DNA of 62,900 nt, filler included, from Choristocarpus tenellus KU-1152 (GCA_964200185.2; 9 parts of 9 records of this genome joined end to end with filler, not necessarily neighbours in it); one strand, 5' to 3'; shown: positions 25,401 through 38,577, numbered from the whole stretch's first letter. Notes: generated from the sequence alone by a model not told the origin. A program made the numbers and translations.

Positions 25401-28400
25401 CACCTTGGTGCAGGGATAACAATATTATCATTAGACACTTCTCCATGTTGAGGGATCCTTTCTCCTTCGTCTGTTGTGCCGCCAACATCACAAAGCAAGG
25501 TGAGATACAATCTACATTGCCATGAATTCGGACCATATTCTACTATTAAATGGCACCAGAAGACGAGGGTGTTTCCTCAGGGTCACAAGTGATGAATAGG
25601 AGAGCCCCTTTGTCCAAAATGGTTTCACATAACCATAGCGTTAAGAGAAGTGCATTTGGAATAGGACCCTTTTTCTTTTTGATGCAATTGAAATGAAAAG
25701 TAAACCCATGCCGTTTGTTCCACATGGAAAAACTCCGAAGTATGGCCAAAACCTTTAGCAAGCAAGAAGCTGCAATGTCAGCGCACCAGATGTTTAAGGA
25801 AGCCAAGAAAAGGTGGTAGAGATTGTTGCCAATACCTCCTACTAAATTCTTGTAAAAAATCACTCTGCTGACTCACTGCCTGATGTACTCGGGCGCTTGT
25901 TCAATTGTACTTCTCACCCCCCATACATGTACTCAATGGTCAGTCAACATCTCCCACCTACTACAACATGATCAGTGATGATGAGGATATACTCAAGATT
26001 GTTGTGCAAGTAAGTTCTTGCGGTCAAACTAGTCACCAACCTTTATGTTCAAAAATATACTCCCCGCATTCATATATACACAGCTTGCTTATTGTTGCCA
26101 CTTGCATTACTGTGGTCTTCGTCAATTGAGGCTATTGATCATCTTTGCTTATTTTTTTGATCCCTGTCGTAGCCTGCAATGCTTCCGAAAAAGTAATCAG
26201 CCTCTGCCAATGCTGTGTTTTCCCATAGGTGTTGTTGAGAATGGACTTCATTACATTTCCAAGATGTATGAAAATACATAGCAATGATAAGCTGCAAGCT
26301 TTTTGAAAACATTAGAGACCACCGCGATCAAAGAACAGATCATGCTCCTCCCAGATAAAAATAGAATAAATTTCCGTTGTTGAGGGGTGGGATGTTATGG
26401 ACCAAGGTAGTACTTCTCACATCTAATGCACCACTAAATTGTGCTGAATCAATATATTTGTGTGTGAGCAGGTGATGAATGGCATGAGTGCTAGTGCAAC
26501 GGAGCTTCAAAAATACCTCTCCTACTGGGACAAATTTAAGCACATATGGGACAACGACAAGGCAAGCTTCAAATTTGGTTTGCTCCATTCATAGCCGCCA
26601 ATGCCCATTGGGATGAGAAGAAATCCTATGTGGCTGATCCAATTGACGCATACTGGTCAAGTTTATTGAATTTTTATGATCTAATGAAAGTTGTGGTCAG
26701 TTGTATGCAATTGGATCAATTTTTGCGTGCAGCATTGCCTCCATGTAAAAGCTGACCAGAGAAACATACATCTGGGTAGGATGTTAGGAAAACCAGCATA
26801 TAACATTACTATGGAGCGTGTTTTTCGCAGACATTTTGCTGCTGCATCTGTTGTGAAATGTCAGTGCATCTTACAAACATGTATTGGGAGGTTGTGTGCA
26901 TAATGAAAACGGCCAAACGTACATACAAGTGTGAGATCTAAATGAAAGGTGACAAGGACCATCTAATCCAATGCAGGATGGCTTCATACGGCGCTATGGC
27001 AAGGCAAACCGTGGCCTATCTCAGTTCCAGGCAGACATAGACAGGTGAGTAACCCTCACAACGCTTTGTCACAATTTTTCTGGAAGGTCACCAAGTGATA
27101 GAAATGCGCTCATCAAAATAGAGTGCATCATGTTTTTTGGTCAAGAAAATGGGGAAGTTTTTTTTAAGGCCTGTAGAACTTAACAAAGATGCACTACAGT
27201 ACATGGATGTGCCATGTGCTACTGTGTCTCTGTCTGTCTCTTGATTCGTTCAGCAATGTTTTCAGGCTTATTATATTATTTTTGTTTTTTGTCACTCGAG
27301 GTTGCTGTAGTAGAAGATCCCACACATACACGCACACACAGAGCTCAGTGATGCTTAAGCCTCTGGTACAATGTTAGACTGGCTGTGCCCGTTGTGTCTC
27401 CTTTTTTTGAGGTCACAGACATTGTCAGAAGACAAGAATGGTGCTGAGATTGACTTCCAACTGCAGGTATCGGGAACTCCAGGCTGACATTACTCAAGAA
27501 GAGGCTACCCACACGATTAACTTCATCAAGATAGACTGCACACAACTCAAGGCCGCCCTAGTAGGCCACTGTATGCAATGGCAGGGCAAACTCACTGGCC
27601 TTCTAAATCAGGTTGTTGCAAAATGCAATTTCTGTCTATGTGGGCGTGTGTGTGCACCCTTTTGCAAATGTCAAGGGTTGTACCCAAGGCTTGCTATTGA
27701 AATATCCGCTGTCCATTGGTGACCTACTCTGGAACTCACTTTACAAGGAACAGAGTTCGCACAGTTTGATGACGTTACTACTCAATACAGTTCACGGCCC
27801 TTCTGTCCAATAGACGGCATAGTCTGGTTTCTCGTGTGCAGTGTAATGATCATCACCTCAGCACCTTTCCTACCTTACCTAGAAGTAATTCATAGTCACA
27901 CAATCAACACATAAAAAATGTCTAGTTTGACGTTGCTCACCGCCACCATTGATGACATGATGAAGAACGCCATTGGGGAGCTGCGTGGCCTCCATGAGCT
28001 CTTCAACACCACTACAACAAAATTACGAATTCAACCTCATAATCTGGACCATCTAAGCAAAAGTTGGAACTTGCTAGAAGGGGTGAAAGGTGACATGGTG
28101 GACATTGAGGGCAAGGTGAGAGATGATCAATACCTCAAGGATACAAAAGAAAATCGATGTACAGGTCTATGTTGTATATGAGGCTCACACAAGGCTCTTA
28201 GTGTGGACTGATGCAACCGCTGCTGCACTGCTCAGGCTAGCAGTGGGTTCATCCCTTCATTCCTGTACCCTACTGACAAGCAATACCTCGAGAAATGTTT
28301 CCACAGTGCCTGGCCTAGGAGTTAGGATAATATTGTACGTTAGCACCCATATCCCTATGTACTGAAAAGGCAGTTGTGTCAGAGTTTTCACTTCTCATGG

Positions 28401-29125
28401 GTCTCCTAATGGTGCATGTACTGAAGAACCTATGTGATAATGTTACGTAGCAGATCACACCAAGTAACTGTACCAAGTTCAAAAGACAAGCAATGATATT
28501 CCAGAGTTGCCAAGAAAATTCTGAAGACAAAGTGTGCAACTAGGAATATTGAACACACACATTTGTGAGAATTAATGCACCCCTCCAAGCACATTCAATA
28601 AACCTATTGCACTGTTCTGCCCCATAATCATCTGTGGAGATGATATTTTCAGCAGGGCACTGTTTGAGTTAATGTGATGTCTCCGCCACAAAACTTCTTG
28701 CTCTATTTATACCTCACGGACACCATTGCTTAACGTGACTTGCTAGTGTGTGTACCTCATGCATATCATAGCAGAAACTGATGGAAGGTCAAATCATTTG
28801 ACAATGGAACATACTTTTAGGACCTCCCTCACAACATAACTCACCTAGTTTATGCTCTGCAATGCACTTCAATGGAAAATCTTTACGCTTGTTCACTCTA
28901 ATTAATGATGCTGTGGTTCTTTGGTCAAATTTTATCCTTGGTGTCCATATTCTTGTGGACTCCTTGTCAATCTCAATTGGGCTGTCGCAGTTTACACCAG
29001 TAGAAGAGATGTATAGCATGCTCTCCAAGTTTGAGGTGAATACTACTGAAGAGGAGCAAGCCATGCTAACTGGACTTAGACCTGCTGGGGAGGAGTTCAA
29101 GACAATGCTCAAGGAGGTAGAGCAG
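13473..29125 (+). CDS. DNAH2: Axonemal dynein heavy chain, inner-arm I1/f beta (DNAH2 / Chlamydomonas DHC10 type); N-terminal tail region, partial at both ends
   Basis: 21 phase-consistent exons: 13473-13610, 14543-14746, 15388-15522, 16112-16258, 16928-17085, 17351-17512, 18114-18224, 19017-19206, 20118-20189, 20957-21059, 21974-22084, 22540-22751, 23369-23494, 24281-24373, 24944-25159, 25944-26009, 26472-26561, 26977-27044, 27467-27611, 27966-28115, 28991-29125. Peptides recognisably DNAH2-like: YNTEERLTSLLRKISNEII, SIFAQIDAFVQRC, LDVKTSRWHNDYNSFKNVVKDLEV, VKKSLQELSHAINGD, YLSYWDKFKHIWDNDKDGFIRRY. No stop codons seen in the spliced frame. Confidence 0.92.
20654..20917. mobile_element. MITE family A copy 4 (dynein intron)
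   Basis: GAGTGAAAGTATCTTAGAGTGTA..TACCCTCTAAGATACTTTGAATC; body matches the other copies; TSD degenerate. Confidence 0.88.
21149..21192 (+). repeat. Short degenerate telomere-like (CCCTAA)n tract, intronic
   Basis: ccctaagccagaacccaaacctaaccctaaccctagccctaacc. Confidence 0.5.
21633..21887. mobile_element. MITE family A copy 5 (diverged subfamily)
   Basis: Body homologous to family A; ends GACCCATAGCACATAAGAGGGTA..TACCCTCTTAAAGGCTTTGACTC; TSD AGGT/AGGT. Confidence 0.85.
23182..23260 (+). repeat. (TAGATACA)n 8-bp tandem repeat grading into (TA)n
   Basis: About six direct TAGATACA units in a dynein intron. Confidence 0.9.
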
Positions 29126-29467
29126 GTACGTTTCAGCTATTATGAGGGGCCATTGGAATGCTCATGGGCCGTCAATGGGTGAGTTAGGATTCGTTATCAT
29201 CCCACAATGTGCAAGTGGAACGGCAGGCGAATTAATCTTAATGTAGATACCATGTTCATTCCCCAAACTACCAGAATTTTCAACAATTTGATGGGTGCAA
29301 TTATCCGTTCCTTAGACTTGAATTTCAACCTTGATTTTGTAACACATCAATGCTTACACAAGGGCACTAGCAAGAAAAGTAATTGGAAATGCTCCAGAGT
29401 GTCAAACATCCAGAAGAAAATTCCGTAACACTTAAATGTAAAGAGAACTGTGAAGGGCACTAACTCT

Positions 29468-29544
29468 GACCCAAAGTATCTGGGAGGGGGGTGGGGGTCT
29501 ACACTAGGGTGTATATTTGGACCAAAATCAGGAAAAGTGCATTT
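29468..29544. mobile_element. MITE family B, left part (runs into gap)
   Basis: GACCCAAAGTATCTGGGAGGGGGG..tctacac..tttggaccaaa..aggaaaagtgca, same as 42696-42840. Confidence 0.8.
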
Positions 29545-29864
29545 NNNNNNNNNNNNNNNNNNNNNNNNNNNNNNNNNNNNNNNNNNNNTTAATTAATTAA
29601 NNNNNNNNNNNNNNNNNNNNNNNNNNNNNNNNNNNNNNNNNNNNGCGCTCGGAGTAGCCCCTGATAAGGGGGACATGAACGAAAGGAACATGTCAAGAAA
29701 GGTCATCATGATGAACTGAATAGGTAGTGGAATTATGTGCATTTGTTTTGGCGATTATTTCTTGGGACTTTGCACTCATCCGTAGGATAAAACATGGTCG
29801 TCTATTCTGTTCCGCGTGCGGCTGCAAAGTTCTTGTCGGATCGACTATGCGTGCGTGTGGTTAC

Positions 29865-32524
29865 CTGTCACCGCCGTGGGTAGGTGGGTAAAGTGCTGGG
29901 AGGGCGTGTGCTGTCTGGTTCGCGGCGTCTATGGACATGAACACGAAGCCGAGAGGTTTGCCGTTGGCTTTGGCCCGCATGGCGTTGCTGGTGCTGTTGG
30001 CGATGACCAGCTGATCCGCTTTGATAAGCTAGCGAATGGGGGACAGCAACATCATGTGAATTAATCAAATAAATCTGCTCAGAGTCTTAAAAAAAAAATC
30101 CCGCTTGTTAACACGTACCAGGTTGGTTAGTAACAAAAATGTAGTCTGGGTATCAATAGATGTTAGTATTGGGATGTGTTTTTTATTGCTGCGTTTAAAA
30201 CAAACACCAAGTTATCAGGATGGTAGGAAGTACGCACGTACCGGGCCGGAAGACCACTACATGACCTGTCCCTCCCACAGCCCGTTGTACACTATCAGGA
30301 AGCAGTCTGTCTTACAAGGTGTTTGGGCAGCTAATAACAACAAGTTTTGTGGTGAGTGAGGCTACTGTTGCTGCCATAAACACCTACGTGGGAGTCTTCA
30401 TTCGCAAAAGGACACGGATTTACTTAGGGTTAGGAGGGCAATGACGGCGACCTTTCGCCACTGTACGCTTGTTGCAAAATTAACGCTGGACACCTACCTC
30501 TCGATGGTCTGACAGCTCCTTATCGATAGGACTCGAGGACGGTGGAGTCGTTGGTGGGTTTTACACCAGGCGCACCGTGCCACTTCTCTTTTAACGTGAC
30601 ACATATGTCACATTTCATAAACTCGCCTCCTACCCTTACCCGGATGTTGGGCCTTTCCTCTCTGACCAATCGTATGAAGTACTCCTTGCTTACCCGCTTG
30701 GAAGGGTCGACAGGATACACCCGTATTGCCTCTTTGCAAAAATCCTTGTATAGCTCCTAATTAAAAACGTTGGTTGTGTGGGCAAGTGTGAGGAGTTATT
30801 GAGAAGGAACACTCGAAGAACACCCCTGCAACATCTCTCAAAGGCGGACTGACAAATAAATTTACTAAGAACGCGGATATTTGTATAGCAGTATATATTT
30901 TGTATAGCAGTATATATATGTATAGTAGTAGTGTATATTTGTATATTAGTAGTATATATTTGTATATATTTGTATAATAGTATATATTTGTATACTAGTA
31001 GTATATATTTGACAGGGGTCAAGCAAGCTTACATCATGCGTTACGAAAGAGCAAATACAATGATCTAAATAAATCTGCCATGAGCGCCATTCGGTTCGGG
31101 CCTCGCTGCCGTTTGCAGAGGCGACAAAGGAGGCGAATCTACCATCATCATCATCATCGTCGCGAAGCGCTTTGTAAATACGAAGTACACACTTTTCCTA
31201 CCAATTTTAGACCGGGTCCGGGACCACAGAGTATGTGTGCTCGGCGTTGAAATAACATTTATTGTGTCTTCCTTCGTAAAATCGACAACAAGTATCATAA
31301 TGAATATTGATACATCGACAGAGCAAACGAAAATGATAGCACTTTGTATGAATCTTGACATGTTCTTTTAACCATAATATCAAACCGGTCACGATAATAA
31401 TGAACATCCACCACTCGATATACTACTTAGATCCACCTTTTCTACGTACTGTCGGGTCACACGGTTTGCATCTAACTCCAACACAGGGTGCAGCCAACTT
31501 CTCCACAACCAAGGGGAAAACCGACCTGTTTGTTCGCTGCGTATATCACAATTGTTGACTTGTGAGGCATGAACTACCCGTATGTATCGGCCCAGTAGTA
31601 GTCTATCCAGGACATCACCAGGTCTCACTTCGGACCCATGTCCTTATCTTTGTTCGTACCCTTCCTGTTGTAGTAGCGCACGTATGTACATGAATGGATG
31701 GGATATGTGTTGGAGGTGTGGATATGAGGGACGGGGGATGGAATCCTAGAGGTATCGTATGCCAGGAGCGGATCATATACTCTGTATATATTTACGCGTG
31801 GTACATGATGCAGCAGTGCGGGGACGGTCGGACGAGATGATACTGTTGAAGCATGAAAAACATATCGCACGTGCATATATATACATAGGTCAGTCATTAC
31901 TCCACGCTGAAGGGATCTATAGCTTTGTATATCAGACATCTAGGCATGGTAACTGTAAAGTGAACCAGGTGAGTACGGTCGGATCACATTGTTCTCAGAT
32001 AGGACTACTATTGTGTGTTCAAGCAGGGGGGAACAAGACCTTGGTACAAGTGACACTGTGTATATACTTCAAACCCACCTCTCCATGCTGGCGGATGCTC
32101 TTGCGTTAGGTGTACCTTTGCAGGCGTCGATGACATGATTGGATATCTCGAACGATGCCTTGAAAAACTTCGTACAGACGGGAATGCCGGCCGCGAGCAT
32201 AGATTCACATCCAGGTCCCAACTTAACCACAGGTACACGCTCACCAACGAACTCCTTGCGATCTTGGCGGTTGTCACACGCCCAGATGATGTCCTGCTCT
32301 TTGGTCAAGGTGGGTGCAAGGAAGGACTCGCTATCTGCCGCGAACTTCTGCACACAGGTTAAGTGCGTGCAGCAGCTATGCTGTTCGTTGACTGGGATGG
32401 GTTCAACCTACCCCAGTCGAAGCTTGGCGCCGGTCGCTGAAGCGTCATTGGCATGAAGCTCCAGTGCATCATTGTTGGCGGGCTGGTGTGGGGGCAACGC
32501 AAGGGGAGATGTAGGCGACAAAAG
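29865..32524 (-). pseudogene. Decayed intron-containing DDD/E transposase, Sola-superfamily-like (N-terminal half up to the first catalytic Asp)
   Basis: Exons (minus) >=32524-32079, 31664-31526, 30756-30498, 30028-29865 have GT-AG boundaries and matching phases. They encode HSCCTHLTCVQKF..PVCTKFFKASFEISN..SWIDYYWADTYG*FMPHK..ELYKDF..SKEYFIRLVREERPNIRVRVGGEFMKCDICVTL..LSDHRELIKADQ..FVFMSIDAANQTAHALP, which follows the motif order I recall for Sola (Sola3-like) transposases (W..G..MP, F.KCD.C, H, IDG.DQ...LP). Two stops (31625-27, 31574-76) and a frameshift near 30525. Confidence 0.65.
30878..31011. repeat. Degenerate AT-rich tandem repeat (tatatatttgtatagtag-like) in an intron of the transposase relic
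   Basis: Repeated gtatatatttgtata(g/t/a) units visible directly. Confidence 0.7.
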
Positions 32525-33089
32525 NNNNNNNNNNNNNNNNNNNNNNNNNNNNNNNNNNNNNNNNNNNNTTAATTAATTAANNNNNNNNNNNNNNNNNNNN
32601 NNNNNNNNNNNNNNNNNNNNNNNNCCCATCTACCCCTTCGTACCTCCATTTACCCAAACAAGGACTGACAAAAGAGGGCGCTTTCTAGTGTTACCTTTTA
32701 CGAGCAAAGTAATACAAATCTTGCGCAAGAAAAAAAAAAAGAACAACACCTTTTTCTTACCTTGGACTGTCGCCACTGTATCGCACACAATTACCTCAAA
32801 AAATAAAACAAAAATTATTGCCTGGTCTGGTTTCTTGACGATGTGGGCTACTGTTTTGCCAACTCTCAACAGCTCTATTGGATGGGAAGAGAGAGATAGC
32901 ATGGAGTCAATCACACACACCCTCATACAACACAAACCAATCCGCGCCCCTGTGGCAAACATGTATCAGAGAAATTTCCAAGAAAATTTTTTTTTCTCTC
33001 TCTCTTGTAGGAAATTGTTTGCCACCAACCACTCTGTACATGCTTGGAACCTTCTAATGATAGCCAATACACATTCTTGCGTGAATTTA

Positions 33090-33382
33090 GAGCTGAAGCA
33101 TCTAAGAGGGAGGGTAGGGGTCGCGTTGTGTCTGTTCGGGGTCATAAATCTACTGATGCAATTTTGATGTGATTGTTTTTGGGTATTGTGTTTGTTAGAA
33201 AAGTGTCGACATCCTTGCTCCGGACATACCTTTCATTGCCGTACACGTTTTTTTAGGTAAAACTGTGTTCACACACAAAACCGGAAAAAAAAAAAGTTAC
33301 AAAAAAAAAAATGTGGGAAGCCAAACCCCTGAACGGACGGACAAAGAGGGCAAAACTCCTACCCTCTTAAATGCTTTGACTC
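33090..33382. mobile_element. MITE family A copy 6 (diverged)
   Basis: Homologous body (tgggaagccaaaccc..ggacaaagagggcaaaactc.taccctct..ctttgactc); flanks TTTA/TTAA. Confidence 0.8.
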
Positions 33383-36186
33383 TTAATGACATTTAACATC
33401 TGTGTAACGTAATCATCAGTCCTGGTGAAACCACCTCTCATAGCGCCCCAATACACAAATCATTTGCTGTTAGAGACCCCCCCCCCCCAGAGCCCTCCAG
33501 ATCTCTGAAAAGATACACTACCTCCATAATCCCAGTTCCCTGAGCCCCTTGGCCGTGAGCACGTGTTGCCGGATCTTTCACACAATGGTAAGCTCACAAA
33601 AAGGTTGCCCAGATGTGGAGGAAATCAGTATTGAATGGATGGTTTTAATCAAATATCAATGAGAAATATGTAAGAAAACTCATGACAGAAAATGCATCAT
33701 GGTGTGGTCGCCGTACAAGGAGATCAAATATATTCCCTGTCCCTAACTCGTAACCGTAAACAAGCCTTTCGAAAGTGGGAGAGGGTGAAGCCCTCAGTAA
33801 GCTTGGCGGGTCTATTGCCAATAACAATGCCGCTCTCACTGAGATTTTGACTTAATGTTACATGCCAGTACCAAACCTCCTTGTGATGTTATTGGATCTA
33901 TTACGGACCAAGGTTGTCAAAAATCTACAGCCAACACTGATGTGCGTGGAATCTCGACATCGAGATCTCCAGCTGGCGTGAAAAAGGCCGTGAACTATAA
34001 ATATTTAAGGCCATCGCATCCTCTCGGGGGTTTGGAGAAAGAGTTTTGCAAATAAAAGTTACATTGCACATGGAAGGGGGGTCATACTTGCAGCAAACTG
34101 GGGTGAGAGTGGGGACGCTTAGATTAAATGTAACGCAGAGATTGCATACCTTGCTGATGTGTTGCCGATCCAACTCCTCGCGACCTACAACAGCATACGG
34201 CACATTATGGCCCTCGACAACCCTCATCACAGCCTCCACACATTCCTTGTGGATATCGTGCCTGTGGAAAGACCAGCACAACGAGCAGCAACTAGTCGCC
34301 TCATCTCTCCCGTTGCCACATCGGATCTTCTTGATAATGCTTTCGAACACTGCATCACAACAACGTATCAGAGCAATCAAGTTACAACACTGCTCTTGGG
34401 GTAGCAGTTTACGAAGGGAGTCCAACACACTGACCCACGACCATTCAGTGATCCGATCGGAAGTCTGCCTCAACTTACATATCTGACGCTAAATAAGGTA
34501 GACGGTGTCACCTGTTCTTTAGTCGTTCCCATCTCACAGCCAGAGGCGCCTTCCCCTGCGCTTTCATTTGCGTGTATAACTGTGTTGTTGCAGCAAACCG
34601 GCAAGGGGGGTCCAAGAAATTGAACATGACTTCGAGCATCCAGTAGTGGTAATATTGGAGAGTTCAGACATACGACGCCCCTCAAAGCGGCCTGACCTCC
34701 TGAATTAGTGAAGGTCCCAATAACTCTCGGGGACTGCATGCGATTGCATCAGCTAGAAGATTGAAATCCAAGCAATCGTTATCTTTCCCGATACTCTTAC
34801 AAACTCTCAAGTACTAGTGAGCAACGTCACCTCATAGGGCGTGTGCTTGACAACCAACAGTAGACTCCGAAATCCCTGTCTGAAGTTTAGAGAATGGGTC
34901 CACGACGGCTGATTCATGTGAATAATGTCCTGGCTTTGGTCAGCAGTCCAAGAGGCGCATTGATTGGCGATAGCAGGTTTGGGAGGAGATAGAGGTGTAC
35001 AACAGTAACCTCTATCCTGAATCTTCTGTGAACTGATGAATCACGTATGAAGTAGTTTATTGCATCTAGAGTAGTATGAAATATCCATCGAAGTTTCCTC
35101 TACGTATTGGTATCGGAGGGTCAAAGGAACGCCGATCAATATCCATACAAAGTTTTAAGTTACATTGAAATGAAATCAAAAATTAGACATGTTCACAAAA
35201 CATACCTGAAATGGAAGTAAGTACGTATGTCCTCTTTAAACCACAAAATAGAGTATTTGGAGAGCCTGAAGGTGGAAGTTGAACGATAGGCTGCGTTGTG
35301 GTTTTGCAACGCCCAGCATCATCACGAAAGGAAAACATGGATAGTGTTGGTATGGCACAACAGCATCACATCGCAGTTACAACAATTTGTGAATGTCCCT
35401 CTATGTGTGATGAACGCATTGCTCGCGAGGAAAGGCGTACGATAGGAGTCATATGCTGTGTTCATTTGTTAAACGTTATGTAGGAAAGAGCACCAGTTTC
35501 ACTCAAGGGAGGAAAGAGGTAGTAGTGGTATTCTTTGGATAGAAAATCAATTACTTCTCCTAACCTGGAGGTCTACTATCTACATTGTAGAAGGTCCTTA
35601 CTTTTCGCTTGGATAGACTTTCTGGATCCTGCTGGGCTGTCGTTTCAGTCGTTAAAACACAAAAAAAATCTTCGGATCCTAATAATCGTCCAGCCTTCAC
35701 CACTCATGAGTCATGGTGAAAACCGAGAGGTGGGCGTAGGATAGGATCACTCTAGCTAACTAACTTATTGCAACAATAACGCCGAATCTCTTATCTGCTG
35801 TTTGTTGATCTTGTGACTCCTTGCATTTCACAACACCCACAACTCACTCTCTCAACCTGTGCTGTTTACAGTACCCTTCTTCTACGGAGACTCACTTCAA
35901 CAGCCAAAGACCATCCAATCAAGTCTTTCAGGTCTGTAGCATAGGATTTTGCAACTACAATAGTTCATATGCCTTCCAGCACCTGGCCACCACAGTTAGT
36001 TGTGAACCATACTTTCGACTCTTCCATGCATTGAAATTTCAACACCACCAACCCGCAATCTCACCCACACGTAATCCACAAGACCAACACAACCAGTCAG
36101 CTAACCCATGGAGTCACCACTGAGATGCTTGCAATACGTATCCATCAAATGACTGACTCTCTCAACGCGATTTCAGACAAAGCAGT

Positions 36187-36288
36187 GACCCAAAGTATCC
36201 AGGGGGGGGGGGGGGGGGGGATCTACACCGGGGGGCCCTTTTGAGGGGGGAAGAGCACCCCTTTGCACCCCCCCCCCCCCAAAACACC
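36187..36288. mobile_element. MITE family B, left part (runs into gap)
   Basis: GACCCAAAGTATCCAG(G)n ATCTACACC. Confidence 0.7.
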
Positions 36289-36518
36289 NNNNNNNNNNNN
36301 NNNNNNNNNNNNNNNNNNNNNNNNNNNNNNNNTTAATTAATTAANNNNNNNNNNNNNNNNNNNNNNNNNNNNNNNNNNNNNNNNNNNNCGGTACCACGGT
36401 ATAACGGTATATGACATACGAGCAATACGGTATAATAACAGACAAACATGCTTTCCACATATGGTTGGAGAAATGTGGGGATCCACAAGTCAAATCTACC
36501 TCCCAACATAACTCAATA

Positions 36519-37620
36519 TAGTGTCGGTAGTCGCCTCTAGGATGAGACCAATCTTGATTTTTTGGAAACGTTTGCCCAACGAGTTAAACAACGATGAACA
36601 TAGTAAATGAAAGTACTGAATCTAAGCTATCAATGGTGCAAAGGAATTGTTTCGGAAACGCTTTTTAATAAAGTTTAAGTTTAACCGAATGATTTCGGCA
36701 CAACCTTGGAAATGTTCCGGAAAGAATTATCACGACCAAAAATATTTTTCCGAAATAATTCCTTTGTACCAGTCGATATCTTAGATCCAGAGCGTTCGTT
36801 TGATATGCTCATCGTCGATTAACTCGTTCGGTAACCCTTTCAAAAAATCAAGATTGATTACCGCCAAAACGGTACTTGGGCTAACCTCGGCTTAATACTG
36901 TTTAAGCCACTCAGAGGACACAATTATGGTTGAGGGTCTTGGAGGACACTACTTGATGCTTTCAAAGTACCACTGTGAATTGAGCCTGATAGAGATGGTC
37001 TGGGGGTGGGCGAAGCACTATGTACGAGGGCACTGTGATTACATGTTGGCTGGAACGAGAACCAACATTCCTGTCAGTCTTCAGGAGGAAGGGAGACTGT
37101 CCAGAGTAATTGTGGAGAGGTTATTCAGGTTGGGCATTGCTTATCACCTGATATATTCCAACGAGAAAGGCATGGAGTGCACCAAATTGGACAGAGTGTA
37201 CAAGACATTCAAGTCTCACAGGGGCCTGCACCTTCAGAATAGCTCATTTGACTTGACATGGGTTGTCTGGTTCAGAGGCCTGGATCACCATGAGCGGGCC
37301 GTAGCCAGCAGGTGACAACATCGCGTAAATGAGAAATAATGGAAAGAGAATGGAGAGACAACAACGCCCATGTTCTCCGGGTGAAGATGACCTCTTCAGG
37401 CGTCAAAATCATCCTTTAAATGCGCGGTTCGCGTGCGGACTACTTGATTTAAGTATGGTTCTGTATCTCTCACGATTACTGGCAGTTCGCCAACCGAGAA
37501 CCCATCAAATTAGTTTAAGCATGCTGATGCGATTACAAAAACGAATTTTCATGAAAAATCTGTTGTTGATCAAGAGTTATGGCGCGACAAAGTTGATGCA
37601 GGAGGCGACTGCCAACATTG
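36519..37620 (+). mobile_element. Non-autonomous Tc1/mariner (IS630-like) element copy 1, 1.1 kb, with transposase C-terminal fragment at 36926-37315
   Basis: TIRs TAGTGTCGGTAGTCGCCTC / GAGGCGACTGCCAACATTG with TA on both sides. Peptide GHYLMLSKYHCELSLIEMVWGWAKHYVRGHCDY matches the LPK(F/Y)HCELNPIE.W..AK catalytic-Glu motif. Confidence 0.88.
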
Positions 37621-38577
37621 TAGTAGCACACACATTTTTTCTTACTATGACATTTGTCTGTGTCAAGGGTTCCCGCACATAATCGAAAGCTAGTCAAAGA
37701 AAGGTACTACGAAATGCTTGTGTAATAGAACAAGTGGTACGGAGCGATAAATAAAGAAGCAGTGATTGATAGAAGAAAAATAAAAAGAAATCATGAATAC
37801 ATTTTTGTTGTGCGACTGGAATAGGATTCGTTACGTCATCTTATGGTACAGAAGTCGAAGAAGTTTTTCGTAGGAGGCATTGGGTGTTTGGGTGGGTCAG
37901 AATGATTAGTTTAGAGGTCACCTACAGGAGGAGTCAACATCCACAGAAAAACGTAGTAAGAAGGGAGAGGACTGGTTCATGATAACGAACTGTTCCAGGT
38001 TCAGTGGGGCGTTTTCGTCTTCCCGCCCACTCTACCTGTTGCTCAAAAGAGGGGAATGGGTGGAGGGCAGACGTTTCTTGGGTTTTTTTCTCTAACATGA
38101 ATTGATGTCTCCTTTTTTTTGTGATTATATGTATCCATATTTGATTTTTCTCATGTGGTTTGAATATCAGCCAACAGGAAAAAAATAGTTGGGGGATGAT
38201 ACAGGGTGTGTGGCTCCCACGTAGAAGTTGACGAGACCTCATGATGTTCCTTCTACTAGAAAAATAATGAAACTATTGTATACATTTGTTTCACAGCGAA
38301 GCGGAGGGTGTTGCAAGTCAAGTAGCTAAATCTGAAGCGATGTCGGCATTATTGGTAGACCCCATTTGCATATTTTGCATTTTTTTTCTTGACACACGAG
38401 TATAGGAACCGTGTAATATTTGCTGTGTAGCTGGCTAGTGTCGATCTCACATATTCTCTCCCACATACGCATGTTGGACTGTCTACTTCTAGGGCAGATG
38501 TTTTGCTCTTATTGATTGGGTGACTCTGTCTTGGAACTAAGCGCCCCAAAAGAGTTCCCTGAGTGCAACAACCATCC

